From Amoeboaphelidium protococcarum X5 (taxonomy: Eukaryota > Fungi > Aphelidiomycota), in contig JALDTO010000098.1 of NCBI GenBank assembly GCA_023515725.1, positions 1,452,164-1,516,163 on the forward strand: 64,000 nucleotides of DNA. Reading direction: 5' to 3'. Of the stretch, positions 38,154 through 52,728 are shown one piece after another. Below the pieces are notes generated by a model. The model saw only the letters and a list, made by a program, of their open reading frames with translations. It was not told the DNA's origin and did no database searches. The translations under genes and the position numbers were made by a program. Positions within the stretch are counted from its first letter, which is position 1; each line of letters begins with the position of its first letter.

Positions 38154-39578
38154 ATGGACATTCCGGGATATATTTATGATCCGGTAAAGAATAGATACTT
38201 TAAATAAGATACGACCACTAAAAGTCCTAGAAAGAAATTAAAGTAGCACTAGTAGTCTGATACTTACATATAAAATTCTGCTGCTGATGAATAAAAATAA
38301 GACTTGCTTTAGTTGAAAGCGTGCTCACTGACGCGTCAGTTAAATTGCAGAAAAGTTTGTGGACAGCCTGTGAATATAAACCCTGTACATATGATAGAGT
38401 ATTTCGTGTTAAAATAAGCTATAGAGGAGTATGTTGATGATAGCTGGATTGATAAGCCAGAGCCAGAGTAATGTTTATGCATAAATGAGCATATATACGC
38501 GTTTTAGCACATACGATCCCCGCGCACAATGTAATTGATATCGGATGATGTAAATGTAAGGGAGATCCCTTTAAGTGACTAATCAATAATGTCACATATC
38601 ACAGATGCTATTGATATTGCTTAGAGGAGCAATCAATCTTACAACACAGTTTAGAGAGCTACCCGATTTCATGCCATAATGCGATTCCTCACAGACCGTT
38701 AGTTGTTTAACATTCGGAATAAATTTTGTGAATTCTGGTGGGAGAGGAGTATTAATCCGATGGATTTCTTGTTGTATATACCCAATATTGATTCCGTTCT
38801 TCTACTAATGAACCAAAATTCATAGCTCATTAATCTGCAGACAAAGTTCAAGACTCGAGTCAGCCTGGGATTGTCGCGTGGTCAAGAAGTTAGTGCCGTA
38901 GCCACGGTCAAGCATTAGAATGTGCTTTATGCATCTAATACTGGGGATTTATATTGTCTCACATTCACATCATAGTCTAATCAGTATTCGCGAAGTCATA
39001 TTGGGCGTGTCAATGTGGGAGGCAGGAATGCGTGTATAGACAGTATTGTTCCATTTGGAGATGGTAGTTGGGTTATTCTTCAATTCAAGTTTTGTTAACA
39101 GTTATAGATATGTCATTTGGATGGCTTGAGAGAGTAATATGACTCGGATGAAGGAATTTCCTAAGGGATCACTGCCAGACATATTCTCAATCTAAATCTG
39201 GATGTTGAAGGGTACGATATATTGGACAATGATCTGAAGATTCAAAATGTTGAGCTTGATCCTGATGAATGTATACTGCTGGTGCTATTCAAGTGTAATG
39301 ATGCTCCTTAATCGCGATTACACCTCTTTGACTTTGTTGAGATTAGCTGCTAATTGCAATAGTTGGACAATGTTTCATCTCCAAAAGAGCCGGCGGTGGT
39401 TGTACCATATGCTACCGTTATACCACAAGATGAAAGTTTTTGTCTGAATAACGCCAAGTTTGGTATTAAAGAGTTCTTTCGCGGAACGGCTGATCTGTAT
39501 CTGATATTAAACGGCTCGCGTTGCTTCAAACTGTGTACATACGATCGGTCTAGGCGAATTTGTCCACCATCTCAATGA
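38154..39578 (+). CDS. DCAF4/WDR21-like protein, 474 aa
   Basis: N-terminal IPGYIYDPVKNRYFK matches the DCAF4-family motif; the remainder is a divergent beta-rich region. Confidence 0.6.
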
Positions 39579-39666
39579 ATTAATACATTTAAGTCATTTC
39601 AAAAAGATTTTTTTATTTTATACAATGCATGCATTCAATTTATAATGAGTAATAGGATAATATTCT

Positions 39667-40095
39667 TCAAAACCTCCAACTGGTGGAGTAATCCTTGGGC
39701 GAAATGACCAAATTCTTACCGGCACGCGCACCTCTAAACACAACTTCCAGAATGTCAATCATCTCCTGCTTGTCTTCTATGGGCCATTTGATCTTGTTAT
39801 TATCTCCAGTGCCGCAGTCAATCATTATGTGTCGATTCCTATAAAAGAACATGACTGAGCACGGATCATACAGCTCGTACATGATATTAAAATCTGGCAC
39901 CTCGGTGATGTCCACCAGATAGATCACGGCAAAGTTCTTGACGCGATCAGCAATTTTGAACAGAGTTTCATCCATTACAATGCATTGCGGATCCCGGTCA
40001 TATCCAAATCGGATCACCACCACTCGATCTTCCTCAGACAGTATAGCCTAGTCCACCTGCCAGCCATTAGTAAGATGCGGTAAGAAATAAGACAT
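39667..40095 (-). CDS. DIM1: U5 snRNP protein Dim1/TXNL4A, 142 aa
   Basis: MSYFLPHLTNGWQVDQAILSEEDRVVVIRFG...YELYDPCSVMFFYRNRHIMIDCGTGDNNK...SPKDYST. Confidence 0.97.
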
Positions 40096-40222
40096 TTTCA
40101 ACTCTCTCCCTTTTTAGATTCAGCTATTAACTTTCAAAAGATTCGCGTCAATTGCACAATCGCTTCCAATTTGCTGATCCGTAAAGGAATTTAAAATAGC
40201 AGACGCGTGATAAAATTAAGTG

Positions 40223-41545
40223 ATGGAGTACATTTAGGAATTAATGCAGTAAAACTAAATGTTCTCTGCTGGTGCTGGATTAATCGGAGTAGGCGCTGGA
40301 CTGGCATTTATGAGATCTGCTTCCAAGACTGGTGTAATGCTTTTAAAGCGAAGATATCTAACCACTTTAGAGATTCCATCGCATGATAGATCGTACGATT
40401 GGTTTATGCAATGGATGACGCAGAAACAGCTGGGATCGAGGCGACATTTGTCAGTCAGGACATCTTTCCTGTAGCATGATAATGGCAGTGTATCTACTCA
40501 TTTCACATTTCTACCTGGTCAAGGCTTTCATTATTTTAGGTACGGAGGCGCGTGGTTCTAGGTGGAACGACTGAGGGACAAAGGCTCGGACGCTCTGATG
40601 AGTATGGCCGTGTCAAGTGGTGGATTGAATACACGGCCGCGCGAGTCTATCACTCTGACAGGACTTACTTAGAATGTCAATGTACTGACTGAGATGCTGA
40701 ATGATTGTAGAAATCACGCTTTGGAATTACAAGAAGGTAAACTTGTGTTATACACTGCAATGGGACACGAATGGCGACCGTTTGGAAGCCCCAAGCGACG
40801 TCGCAGCATAGATTCAGTCATACTTAAACGCGGACAGTCTGAGCTGATTGTAAACGATGTTCAAGATTTTTTGGATCCTCATAGAGGCGGTCGCTGGTAC
40901 ATTAAACGCGGAATACCGTACAGGCGTGGATATTTGTTGCATGGTCCTGCAGGATCGGGTAAGACTTCGTTCATTTACGCTCTGGCTTCACACCTAGAGT
41001 TTAATATCGCCACCCTCAACCTTGCCGAGAAATGGATGTCTGATGATAGATTAGCTATGCTATTTGCCTCCGTACCAGCGCGCACTATTGTCCTCTTGGA
41101 AGATATAGACGCTGCATTCTTGAATCGCGATTCATAGGCTGGTAATAATCTGACGTTCTCTGGTCTTCTTAATGCACTCGATGGTGTTTCATCTTCAGAG
41201 GAGGGTCGACTGATCTTCATGACCACAAATCATATAGAGCGATTGGATCCCGCATTGCTCAGACAAGGCAGAATTGACGTTAAATTGCATGTTGACGATG
41301 CGACAATCGAGTAGGCTAGGAGAATGTTTTTAAAGTTCTATGATGATGACGACGATGAAGTGGACAAGTAGTTGGCTGACGAGTTTATCACAAAGCTGAA
41401 AGAGAGTTCAGGCAAAGTGGAATCATCTGATGAAAACGATATTCTCCATGGAATCAGTATGGCTTCCCTATAGGGACATTTTGTTATCCACAAAGACGAT
41501 CCTAAAAAGGCAATACTTGACATAAAAAATGTTTTTAAACAGTGA
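40223..41545 (+). CDS. BCS1: Mitochondrial AAA chaperone BCS1, 440 aa
   Basis: [70 protein letters not shown]. Confidence 0.96.
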
Positions 41546-44500
41546 TGTTTGTTTAGTACAAGTCATTTGTCGTTCAGCTATGAAAGTCGTGCTGCGTCGC
41601 GCGAAATCGTTTCGTCAAATCCGGTCAAAGTGACAAACAAACACTGAGAAGTTTAAAGTCAATTACTCTTCTTCTTCATTCTATCTAACTAGAATATTTT
41701 ACAAAACAGTAATAAGTCCTACGGCAGTGTGCGACCAGTTAGTTAAAGAATTGTAAAGTATGAAGATCCAAGTTTGAAGCCCTTTGATTGCCTGAAAGCC
41801 ATCAACAAATGCTAGCTATCTACGGCTTCGTATCACTTGGGAAGGATATCCTAAGTTCATAGAACAAGAGCCTTCGTCAGAATTTAATGCTTAAATATTT
41901 TCCAAATTGTAGTCAGTTTGTATGGTTCTGAAAAGATGGAGATCGGAATATTATTTGGGACTTGAAGAGTAGATCTGTCATTTGAAGATGAATCGTTTTA
42001 CTAATCCATCTTGTGATCTGGTCTTGTGAACCTTGTCTGGTCTGGTTATCTTCTGGTTGTTGCACATTCTTATCTATAATCTGAGATGTTAATCTTCAAC
42101 GGAATAATTGGTGTTTAAACGTGGCATGAGCGAAGCCTGCAAAGTAATCTAAGTACAACACGTCCTATCCCATATCGTGTTAGTCCTTTATTGTCGCCAT
42201 GTAAAAGAATAACACTGAAGTGGTCGTTTCGGTGTGTTCCTATCCCTAAATAATTCTGCTAATTGATTACAATCATGCTGTATGATGAATTATCAGATAT
42301 TATTACTCAGTCGCTTGGATTTTGGCATTGGGGAAAGCCGAGGATATCTATCGAGTTCTGTTTATCATTAGGCTCTGAGGAAGAAATTGAAGGATATACT
42401 GTTTGTCGTAGATGGAGTACTCTGATGTAAGTCCGTATGTTGGATTTATTGTACTTTATCTCTGAAGATTAGAACGTGTCTAGCTACGAAGGACAATAGT
42501 TGGTGAACCGTGCTAAAGTATGCAGATAATTAACAAGTTGTAGAGGGCGCGAAGTTTATACAACACTTACAAAGAGTTGACTGGACATGTAATGAACGAT
42601 TATGAATACCGTGGACTGTTTCAGCTGTCTGTCAGCTTTATACTTCCGCAACAAGATCTTGGCACTGGTGAAAGATAAAGGCGGTGAAGTGTCATATTGC
42701 ACAATTTCCTAGTTGGAAGATATCATCACAGAGGTGCTCAAGTAAAAGAGACAAAAACCCGATGATCAGTTATTTGTCACTTTCCAAGGATGCAAGTACT
42801 TCTTATTACGCGTCAAGAATCTCCTTGTGTCCTCCCCCGTTCTCCTTTAGATCAACTGCTCGGGTACAGAGCTTTGATCTCAGTAATGATATTAAACTTT
42901 ATGGAATAGAACCGCAGTATCTGAAGTACACTAGCTACTTTGCTGCCTCAAGAGTGTCCCCTTGCACTGCATCTTCTGAAGAGCGAGCGAAGCTGCTGCG
43001 TTTTGTGGTGCTAGAAAGTTTATTGGGAAGGTGGGCTGAAGACTGATGTTTTATCTGATAACAAGGCTTTTTTTTTCTATAAGAAGAAACCATCGGCGGA
43101 TATCGGAAGTTTAGCTGAATGGAAGAGTCTCAAGGGCGCGGTCAGAAGAGCCAAAGTAGGCGCCGACAACATAACCGTGCTCATTTGGAACTCCGCGGCT
43201 GGATTCTCTGAAAATTTGGACGTGATCTATGTTGCGAGCCTGAGTTTTGACTACGTCGCTTATTTTGACTGGGAAGTGGATGCTGCTGTGCTTAATCAGA
43301 AAGTTAGCATCATCGAGGGCAAGGAGCTGACCGAATTTCTGATTAAGTTTATGAAAATTCTGGATAAGGACTAGTTTAACTACCTGAGCTACTTTTGGAG
43401 CATGGAATAGTTTAAGCGTATCTGCAACTAAATGGACACGCCCGAATTATCCACGAGATTCTAACCTGTGGTTAAATTTCTCGGCCATCTCATAGAGTCT
43501 TTAGTTTAGATTAAATTAAGGACCTCTCCGCGTGGCCGCTTAATCTGGAAGGCTTTGGTTGATGTAAAACCGGACGATGTAGATGACTTGAAGATCTTGA
43601 CTGACATTAAAATGAATTGCGTGTTTACTCATTAATATTTCAAATTTGTCTTTTTACCCAATGCGCTACTTCTGTGCTGAAAGCTACGAATCTGACCATT
43701 GCTTATCATAAATCTACCATTTTTTCAACTTAATCAAATCAAACTGCGACAATCATGAAAACAAATATTTAATACTATATTAAATCGTAACGTTGATGCA
43801 GCAGTGAAACTAGTAAGTTATTAGTATATTCTCTTTATCTTATCACTAATAGCTAGACATTCGCGCTAGAAGTCCGGCGAACTCCTACTGTAGTCTCATT
43901 CTTCAATCCTCCTACAAGTTATATAACATCAATCAGATCAGACCATACCCATTACCCAGCACATATAATCTCCAAATCTAACTTTCAACCACCCTTTGAG
44001 AGTACTGTGGTAAATTTCATAGATTGTGCACCCTCCATATTTGTCAACCAACTCCCTTTCAAATTCTCTTAAGACATTTCTTTTAACTTAGAGTTGGAGC
44101 TGTCTCTGGGTGTCCAACTCCTGCAGCCAAGAGAGCGCTAAAGTAGCCAACTCATCTCTGCGGAACTCAGGAAGTCGGTTACGCATTTCTGCAGCTCTCC
44201 TCTGCGTATCGCCATCCACAGCGAATCTAATGAAGCGCCAATTGTGGGCACGTCCAGGAGTAGGAGAGTAATCTTCGTCAATGATACCGCCTAACCAGAC
44301 TCCGCAGTACTATTGGCCTAATTGCTTTTGTCTACGGCTCAAGCGGTGGCGAATCTCTCTCCAATGCCTGCGGAAGTAATCACTTCCAACCTCCGCGGAG
44401 ATTCTTCTCATTGTATGGTAATTCGGGGTCATGACATCAACTTCAATAGACCCAGTGAATCTCGCTTGTTGATCAGTGCCACTATGCACTGCATTAAATG

Positions 44501-46340
44501 CATAGTGAGCTGTAACTCGCTCGTGAAACAGCATGTGGTGTTGATGTTGCCACAACACACGTTCAGCGCCTCAAAGCCAATTAGTGTGGCGTCTTGATCC
44601 TTGTGTTAAACTTTTTTCAACTTCGGTTCAGGGGCAGACGTTCTGAACATCACTTCCAACAGTTTGCATCAACAGGATAAGGATTGATGACAAAACAAAA
44701 AAATGAAATTTAACTCTTACCTTAACTTGTATTTATGCGGACTCGGTTGATATAGGATAGTGGTACGTGAAAGCAATGCAATGGAATGACCAGCTACCGA
44801 CAGCTAAAGCATACAATCTTACCTTTAATCTCTAGGCAATAGTAATATCTAACAGATAATACCAAAGTAATAATAAGCATCTACAACAAAATAACAATGA
44901 TGATGATGGTGACAACAGATGAATATAGAATAACAGCAAGACAATAGTGTTTCACAGACTGGAGTGAATTGATAATATGGTGATGTTCCATTGCAGACTC
45001 TATAAATGACTGACTGATGATGATTGATATGTCGACAAAATCTCCAAGAACATTGATAACAATAATAATAATCTCGCAAGCCTTGGTACTTGTAAACTCT
45101 AGTTGAGAGCCAGATAACTCACTCTACCTCCACCCCTTGTGTATAAATGTAGAATAAACGTCGTCGCCGATAGTAGTTGAATAGACTGGAACCTGGTGAT
45201 GAATAAACTACACACATTACTGATTACACGACCATTTGATAAGAACAGATAACTAGATAATATACTTACAGAATAAACTGAGTGAACAACATATAGGAAA
45301 TAAGTCCAAAGAGTAACGACTGCGGCAACAAAGATCATGAGATGGTGGTGATACAGCAGAGAGAATCAATCAATCAAGCAAGCATGTGACACTTTGACAA
45401 CAACAAGACAGACATATAGACATTGCTATAAAATGGAGCAACCTGCGTTCATCATCTTATCCGAGTTGATACTAAATCTGATAAAACAGAATAGTCACGG
45501 CATCGATGGACTCCAGCAATGTGGTGTATGTAATATTTAGGACATATATATATACGGTAGACCGAACCGATCAACTACTAGTGATGTAATAGTATCAGAC
45601 AAGGAGAGCAAAGCGAAACAAAAACCGGCAAACTACACTCACATATTCTCAATATGTATTACTATATATGCATTAGATATAGTGATAAATAATAATTACC
45701 TTTACTAACAATCATATACAACAATACAAATCAAGTCTCTCTAGGCAACAAACAAAATAACGTTAAAAATCTCTAGGCAAACTACACACATCAAAGATTA
45801 GAATCCAAATGTTCGTAATACCATCTGTGGCTAGTCATTTCATTGCAAAGCTATATCCATTTGTACTCATTATTATGTTAAGAGCCTGTTGATATAAGGT
45901 TCAAATTGACTATTTCACATCACTCTGCACTGATCAAGAGTGATGGAGGAAAGACGAGAGAAACGAGAAACGAGTTAGCCGACAGACGGTCACAATTTCG
46001 AGTCACAAGCCGACCGGTGTGATGAAACAGCCTCAACAACAACGATGCGATGATTGGAAGGATCCACCTACAGTACTGACCGAGGATTCTGTAGTTAAAA
46101 GAGTCGCCACCATACAGTACTACTATGAAATACGGTCAATTCAGTTGATTATATGATAATATAAAAAGACAACGGTGAAACAAAAAGTAAAGGAGAACAT
46201 CTTATCGTACACTGCGCTTGAATTTACACAATATAAATTCAATCATCAAATATCTTCGTATACATGGCCACAGCTTTATCCTCAGTCTCACCGCCACTTC
46301 TCCTTCTATGTCTACAAGTATGCAAAGGCGATACAAGTTG

Positions 46341-49300
46341 TCACTGCTGCGGCTGTTATTACTTGGATGCCGACATGGACATGGAGACACGTTCACCGCG
46401 GATAGCATTTGCACACCAGTCAGCGAGCAGTCTTCTTCCCTCGCCTTTGGAATGGCCAAACGATCTCTCCCAGGATGCCCATAGAATACATTTCAGCAGA
46501 TCAGGGTAAGACATGCCTTCAAACGCAGCCATCTTGGCCAATTTACCATCCCAGCACCAGCCTGGATTAGGATTAACCTCGAGAAGCTTGATGGAACGTT
46601 TAGGAGAGTGTTTCCTCGCAGATACTCCATGCTCAAACCCACCAGCCTATCCGACAGAAGCAGAATCATTGACAGACGAAGGCGAACGAACAGAACTAAC
46701 ACTACCATGGCCAGAATCAGACATGTCGAGTCTAACATCGGGAGTAACGCTCAATGAAGATTCTGTAGAATTGTCCATAACCAGTGACTTGACCTCATCT
46801 TTGTTCTCACTTGAACTCTGATTAGAAGGTTCAACCGCAATCTATACACCTTGAGTTGTGATACTTATACTGCTAGGCACAGACTCATTTCCATCTACTC
46901 CTCCATTACTATTGTTCGCAACATTGAACAAATCTCCAGTCTCAACGTCATACAAAATCTCGCGGTCCGCTCGCCAGTCAAAACGAGCATAATCTCTACA
47001 GCCAAAACGTTCAAACAGGATAGTACATGCACGCTTCAACTCCTCCTCTTCTTCAAGAGTTAGACCGCCACTCTTGAATATTCTTCGTTGAGTTGATGAG
47101 GCACAATTCTGTTACTACTGCTGCTGCTATCCCAGAGAGACTCCGCCATTTTTAAGGCCGCATGGTGAATTACAGCTTGACAACTTTGGACTAGGGATCC
47201 TTTTGGCGGGATAGAAATCGACATCAGTCCAGTATGGAGACGACGGATCCCACTTGGATTCCCAACCCAAAATCGGTTCTAAACCTCCCTGAACCACCTT
47301 GGAATAATCAACCTGCAAAATTGGAAAGAAATGGAAACCAGTCTCGGGATTTCCAATAACACCAACGGAATATTCGGTACCAGTCAAATACTCTTAAATT
47401 ATAAATTACTTCAAACCGTACGTACTAACCAAAGACAGGACATACACAGCCAGGTCGTGTTTGTTGTAGCAGATAGACTTTGAGGTGATTCCAAGCGAGT
47501 TGTCACCCTTCATTGGCTTAACAAAAGCAGGATAGCGGATGTTACCGGCCTGATCTTCTGCCTCGATCAGTCTCACAATATCTTCCAACTAAACGTCTTT
47601 GGTGTCAACCGACTCTGGCAAAATAATGTGAGTCTCCTAAGGAACGCTGATACCAAGCTTGGAGGCTGTAGCATTGACAAATCCCTTATCATAACAGACA
47701 CCCAAACTCACAGGATTGGCTCCACTGTAAGGTATGCCACACATCTCCAGAAAGGAGGCAATGTGAAGTTCCTTATGAGCATCGTTCAAAAATCCTTCAT
47801 CGCACAAGTTCAAAATAAAGCTAGGAGGGCGCACAGTCAGACGGGTAACCAGATCACGATGAGACTCATAGACAGTAATCTGGGACGCATCATAACCACA
47901 ATCTAGTAGAGCATCAATCATCTTTCGTCTCGTGACCAGATCCTCCTCATTCCATCTACCATGCAGTTTATCACGACATGGCAGAGAGACATCTCCCAGC
48001 AACACGGACAGCTGATGGTTTGGAAATGGTGGTGGAGGCAGCAGATGATACAGTGAAGGAGTGGCTAGAGTAATCGTCTTTGCCTTGGCGCTATTACCAA
48101 CAGAGCTAGAAGGAGGTTCAATATGCGACGAAGGTGGTAAAATAACGCGGTCAATCCACTCGCGAAGAACATTGTTGGTAGATGCTTGATTACCATTAGC
48201 ACCATTCTAATCCATCTAAAACTGCTATCCATGACCGGCACCATTCTCATCACAGTTGGCACCATTGTTGTACTTGACACTGTCAACACTAGAAGTATCC
48301 GTAGAATCGGCTCCATTCGTACAAGACTCAATCCACTCAATCACAGCCTTCTTGTACTCAATAGATTGCAAATCATTCTCAAACCCAGAGTTCATCTCCT
48401 GCAAGCTAAGGCGTTCGATCCATTCCCTAACTGCCTGAGCATTCTCGGCAGACATTTGCGGGTGAGGAGCTTGGGTGCGGCCTTTGACGGATCCCTTCTT
48501 TCTCTTGCTTATGGCTCGAGGATGATTCTGGATCTTGGTAGCTTAGATTAGCAAGCGCTGCTCCATCATACCTAAATCCTAACCACGCTAGCTCATTTCC
48601 TTCGCAGCAGTCACCGTGTTGACTCCATCCTGTACCACGGCAGCCTGGTCAGTATCAATCTGAAAACCAGCCTCATTCAAGATGGAGATTAATTCGCTTC
48701 TACTATACAGACGCTCGCTGTAGAATTGATCCCTGACCACACCACGATTCACCATAGTCACAACCTCTCTGGAGTGGAGACGCTTCTTGTCCTTGGAAAG
48801 CACCCTCTCACGACACACAAAAGTCTTGTCATCGATCCACTCCCAAGAGCGAGGACTATAATTCTGTCGCATGTAGTCACCATCGACGAGATCTAGCACC
48901 ATCTTACCATCAATCTTCAACATTCTGTTGATTTCCCTCAGCACGGCCCTGTCTCCTTCATCTCCATGATCAACCACGGTCTCAACAGGATCCTTGGCGA
49001 AATCATCATTAAAGTCAACTTCCATACGGTCATTCGCACTGAAATAACCAAAGCTATTTCCCATAACCATAACAAAGTCAAAGTCATTGCTGTCATAAGG
49101 CACATTCCTGCAGTCTCCAACAGTGAAGGTGGGCACATTCTGACGATACGGGGCATCAGGTAGATTGGTAGCACGTTCTCTTGCAAGTGAAATAAGATAC
49201 GCAGACTAGTCATGACCATACAGACGCAGGTTAGGATAACGCTCAGCCAGCAATAAAGTATGACGACCTACAAATCGAATTGGTAAAGATTATTTGAAAC

Positions 49301-49679
49301 TCATTACGAATACAAGTTGAGCATACCTTGACCACAACACAAGTCCAACACTTTAGGCCAGCTTTATTGTTAAAGATCCCCACCGCTCACTGAAGCTTCC
49401 TTGCTACCACGTTAGAATATATCCGCAATCTTTGGGTTAGACTCCAACATTCTACAAACCAAATAACGATAGAAAGCTTAAACTCAATAATCATGAAAAT
49501 GAAACTTACCGCAACTCTTCCTTAGTAATTTCAGCATCTTCAACAACATCTCCGTCAGTCTTCAAGTACAAATCGTCAGCAAACACACTCTTCCACCACT
49601 GAGCAGGCACCATATGTTCAAAATCCTCTTCAGTCACTCTGCCATGGCAGTTGGCTGTGTATCCAGAAGGTTCAGGCAT
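46341..49679 (-). CDS. Class I SAM methyltransferase fused to a D-Ala-D-Ala-ligase-like ATP-grasp domain, 1073 aa; introns 49452-49509 and 49268-49326
   Basis: MTase motifs VLDLCCGQGRH and MGNSFGYF. ATP-grasp motifs LNLCDEG, GIPYSGA, YPAFVKP..DNSLGI, EYSVGVIGN, CRDYARFDWR, LEVNPNPG. Two GT-AG introns restore the frame. Confidence 0.88.
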
Positions 49680-50704
49680 GGTTGGTTGTCTTAAATAATG
49701 TTCAAAGTCAGACACTAAATGTAGAGCTGAGTACAATAATAACGAGAGATTGAGAGTAGCAGAACTTGCAATAATAAATACTTCTATATAATAGAAATTT
49801 AGACTTTCCACCAGCAAGCAATTGAAATAAACTACAAAAGCAAACTCTAGCCGGTTTTGACTTTCTGAAACGGTTGAAACTTCAAACAGACGCACGAGAC
49901 TTACCAAAAATAGACGAGATCAATCGGTGCTTTGCTTCGTATAAACAGAGATCTGCAATTGAATACCACTCCTACTACTACTATGAATTAAATTTCAAAA
50001 CTAGGTGTGCAATTAACTTGTTAACACACACACACAAAGCAGGTACAATTATTTTTCTTATGAGTCCACCCGAGAGGAGTTGAGATGAATTCAAAATAGG
50101 ATATTCTGTTTAGTGTTGGAACTGAGTGAGAGTGTTCCAGCAATGGAGCGCGATTGTACGAGAGAAACAGAGCTCCGTCCGCGCGTTTCTCTGTGCGAAC
50201 GATCTAACGAGAAGGGAAATTTCATCTGTGGCGTCGACGCCTCACAAAGCTTATATTCCAAGCTTGGCTTTGTCATGTCCTTAAGCTAAGACGGTTGACT
50301 GTTATTACGTGATCATTCACTATCAAATTTTCGATCTCATCATATACCTCACCAGTCTTTTGATTTCTCTTGAGAGTAGGGGGAGACTGTTCACCTAGTG
50401 ACCTTCTATCATTTAAATTTTAAGAGTCGGTTTGCTAAATTATTTCAAAACACATTTCAAGAGATTTGAATATTAAATTCAGCTTTATTGTCCCCGCATC
50501 TGTTATATCAATGTGTGAATTACAACTGAACGTGATGATGGGGAGTCTATCATTGAAACAAGCGACGAACTTTATTACCGCGTGCTCGTCGCCGTGATGT
50601 CATCCGTTCGCTTAGATCAGTTCTCACACCATAAAAAATCGACGCGCGTTCATCAAACTCTTCTTCTGCTATCATCTCCTAAGAACTGATTAAAAAGGTC
50701 CATC

Positions 50705-52057
50705 ATGTTGTCGATGCTAGTTTTGTTAATCTCTGCGGTGGCCATCGAAGGGTCCGCTGTGAAGCGCATTGAAAAGGGCGTGAACTTGCGCAAGATTGCC
50801 GAGTTTCCTTTCAATAATCCAGCCTTCGTCACCGCTGTCAGAAATCCGCTGAACAATGGCTCGTTCGATATGCTAATTTCCACGTTTGGTGTTTCGCTGC
50901 CATTTAAAAAGTCGCCAGATGGTGTCTGGATGGTGGAAGATATTGGCACGAAATTGTTCAAGGCTAAACGCGGATCCTCCGTCTCTTTAGATGCCCAGTT
51001 GTTGGGTGATCGCCAGTTGACTTGGCCCAATGAGGTGGAACTGACTGAAGATGGTCAGCTTGTCGCTGCCGGTGGCTTCTTGGTTCCTGGTAAGAAAGGT
51101 CATGTTTCTGTGCTCGACCTGAAGCAGTTCAAGTCAGGTAAGTCAGCGCAGTGGAAAGAACTGATTGGCAACGACAAGGGATTTTTCCATCGCTCATCAG
51201 TTGTCCAGATTGCGCCACCTTCACTGAGTGGATCTGATGATGGTAAGAGGCTCGTAACTTGTCGCGGGCGTAAAGGTATTTTCGATGGTGGCTCTGGTGA
51301 GATGATCTATTTGGACAAAAAGTCAGATGGCTCTTATGTTGAACACCTAATTGCACCGGGCTGTGATTGCTTCTTTGTACCTATTGATCTGAATGGTGAT
51401 GGTGTTATGGAGTTTATCATTCCAGAGTTTTTTGGTAAAAAGTTGATCCTTCAGTGGACTGAGGATCCTTAGGGTGATTGGACGAAAACTGATCTAGTAA
51501 GACAGCGCGTCGTTGATGATACTCTGGGGGCTGCATTTGACATCACAGTTGCTGACTTGTTTAATGATGGTAACCTGTAACTTGTTGTTGGTAATCATTA
51601 GGATGGTAAGAAGGGACCAAAGCCTTAGATGTTTGCTTATGATGTGATTAAGCCGGCAGCTTCTGATCAGATTGTCTTTGAGAGCGGTAGCCCAATCTCT
51701 AACTACATGAACGGCTTAGTCTTTGAGCGTCACGTTCTGTCTGATAAGTTCAAGTTGCGAGCTAGCATATTTAATCCTTCTCCTGGCGCTCCTGGTAGTT
51801 AAGTGGTGTTCAAGCCTTTGAAGTCGCAGCAGCGCCCTTATATTTTGATCTCTGGCGATGATGACTAACGTGCTCATTTGCTAGTTCCTCGTAATTGTGG
51901 TAAAAAGTGGAGCTATGATCATGTGGAAATTCATGACTGCAAAGGCACAGTTGGAGGCGTTTTTGTCAATGATCTGGATGGTAATGGTCGTGCTGACGTG
52001 ATCATCCCTTGTTATGGTTCCAACACCATCGCTGTATACGAGTTTGAGGGAGCATGA
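50705..52057 (+). CDS. Secreted FG-GAP/VCBS-repeat beta-propeller protein, 450 aa
   Basis: Signal peptide; Ca-binding loops DLNGDG, DLFNDG and DLDGNG. Confidence 0.8.
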
Positions 52058-52215
52058 GTAATGAACGAACATTATGTCAATAAGATTTATTAGTTTATAC
52101 TTTTGTAAATAGAGTAACTTTGTCCATCATGACGATTTTAATACGTTCATCGTGTAACATGAAATAGTCGCGTATATTTAGTTCATTGGCTGGACTCAAC
52201 TTCATTGTAAAAAAG

Positions 52216-52728
52216 ATGTCAAGCCCATAATCTTCATCATTCAGTAAAAACCCAAGACTCTCAACATCTACCCAATACGTTATGTCTGCATAGGTCTTTG
52301 TGTATCGAAAATTTAAATCAGATCAAGTTTCAGCAACAACAAATGATTGCCAATCAGCTAAGAGCATATGCAGCCAATTACTGTGCACGCTCACTTAAAT
52401 AGATGCTTGGCTCAATCCACCCATTTTTGTCTGTAATGCCCACCACATTCCAGTAAATATTACTGATATTGAGGCAATGATAAAGACATCAATTCTAAAT
52501 CGGACACTTGGCAATGTGTTATTCAAACTGAAAGAAGGCTTCGCTGTCGCTGTACCTGATTTCAACCAAATAGCTCAACCTCTGTAAAATGTCGAAGGCT
52601 CTCTAAGTGGTGTGCTTCAGCAATCCAGAAAGAACAAGAATGGTAACGCTATCTAAACTGCCCTTAATAAACGGTACATTGAACCAGAGAAGGCTGACTT
52701 GATAATGCTTAGTATGTTTGAAATATGA
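52216..52728 (+). CDS. Hypothetical protein, 170 aa
   Basis: ATG-to-TGA frame under table 6; no motif recognised. Confidence 0.45.

Noticed and set aside
41700-44650. Coding-like fragments (42274-43680 on +, 43930-44650 on -)
   Set aside because: Interrupted by TGA and frameshifts with no recognisable family; probably decayed genes, and boundaries cannot be supported.
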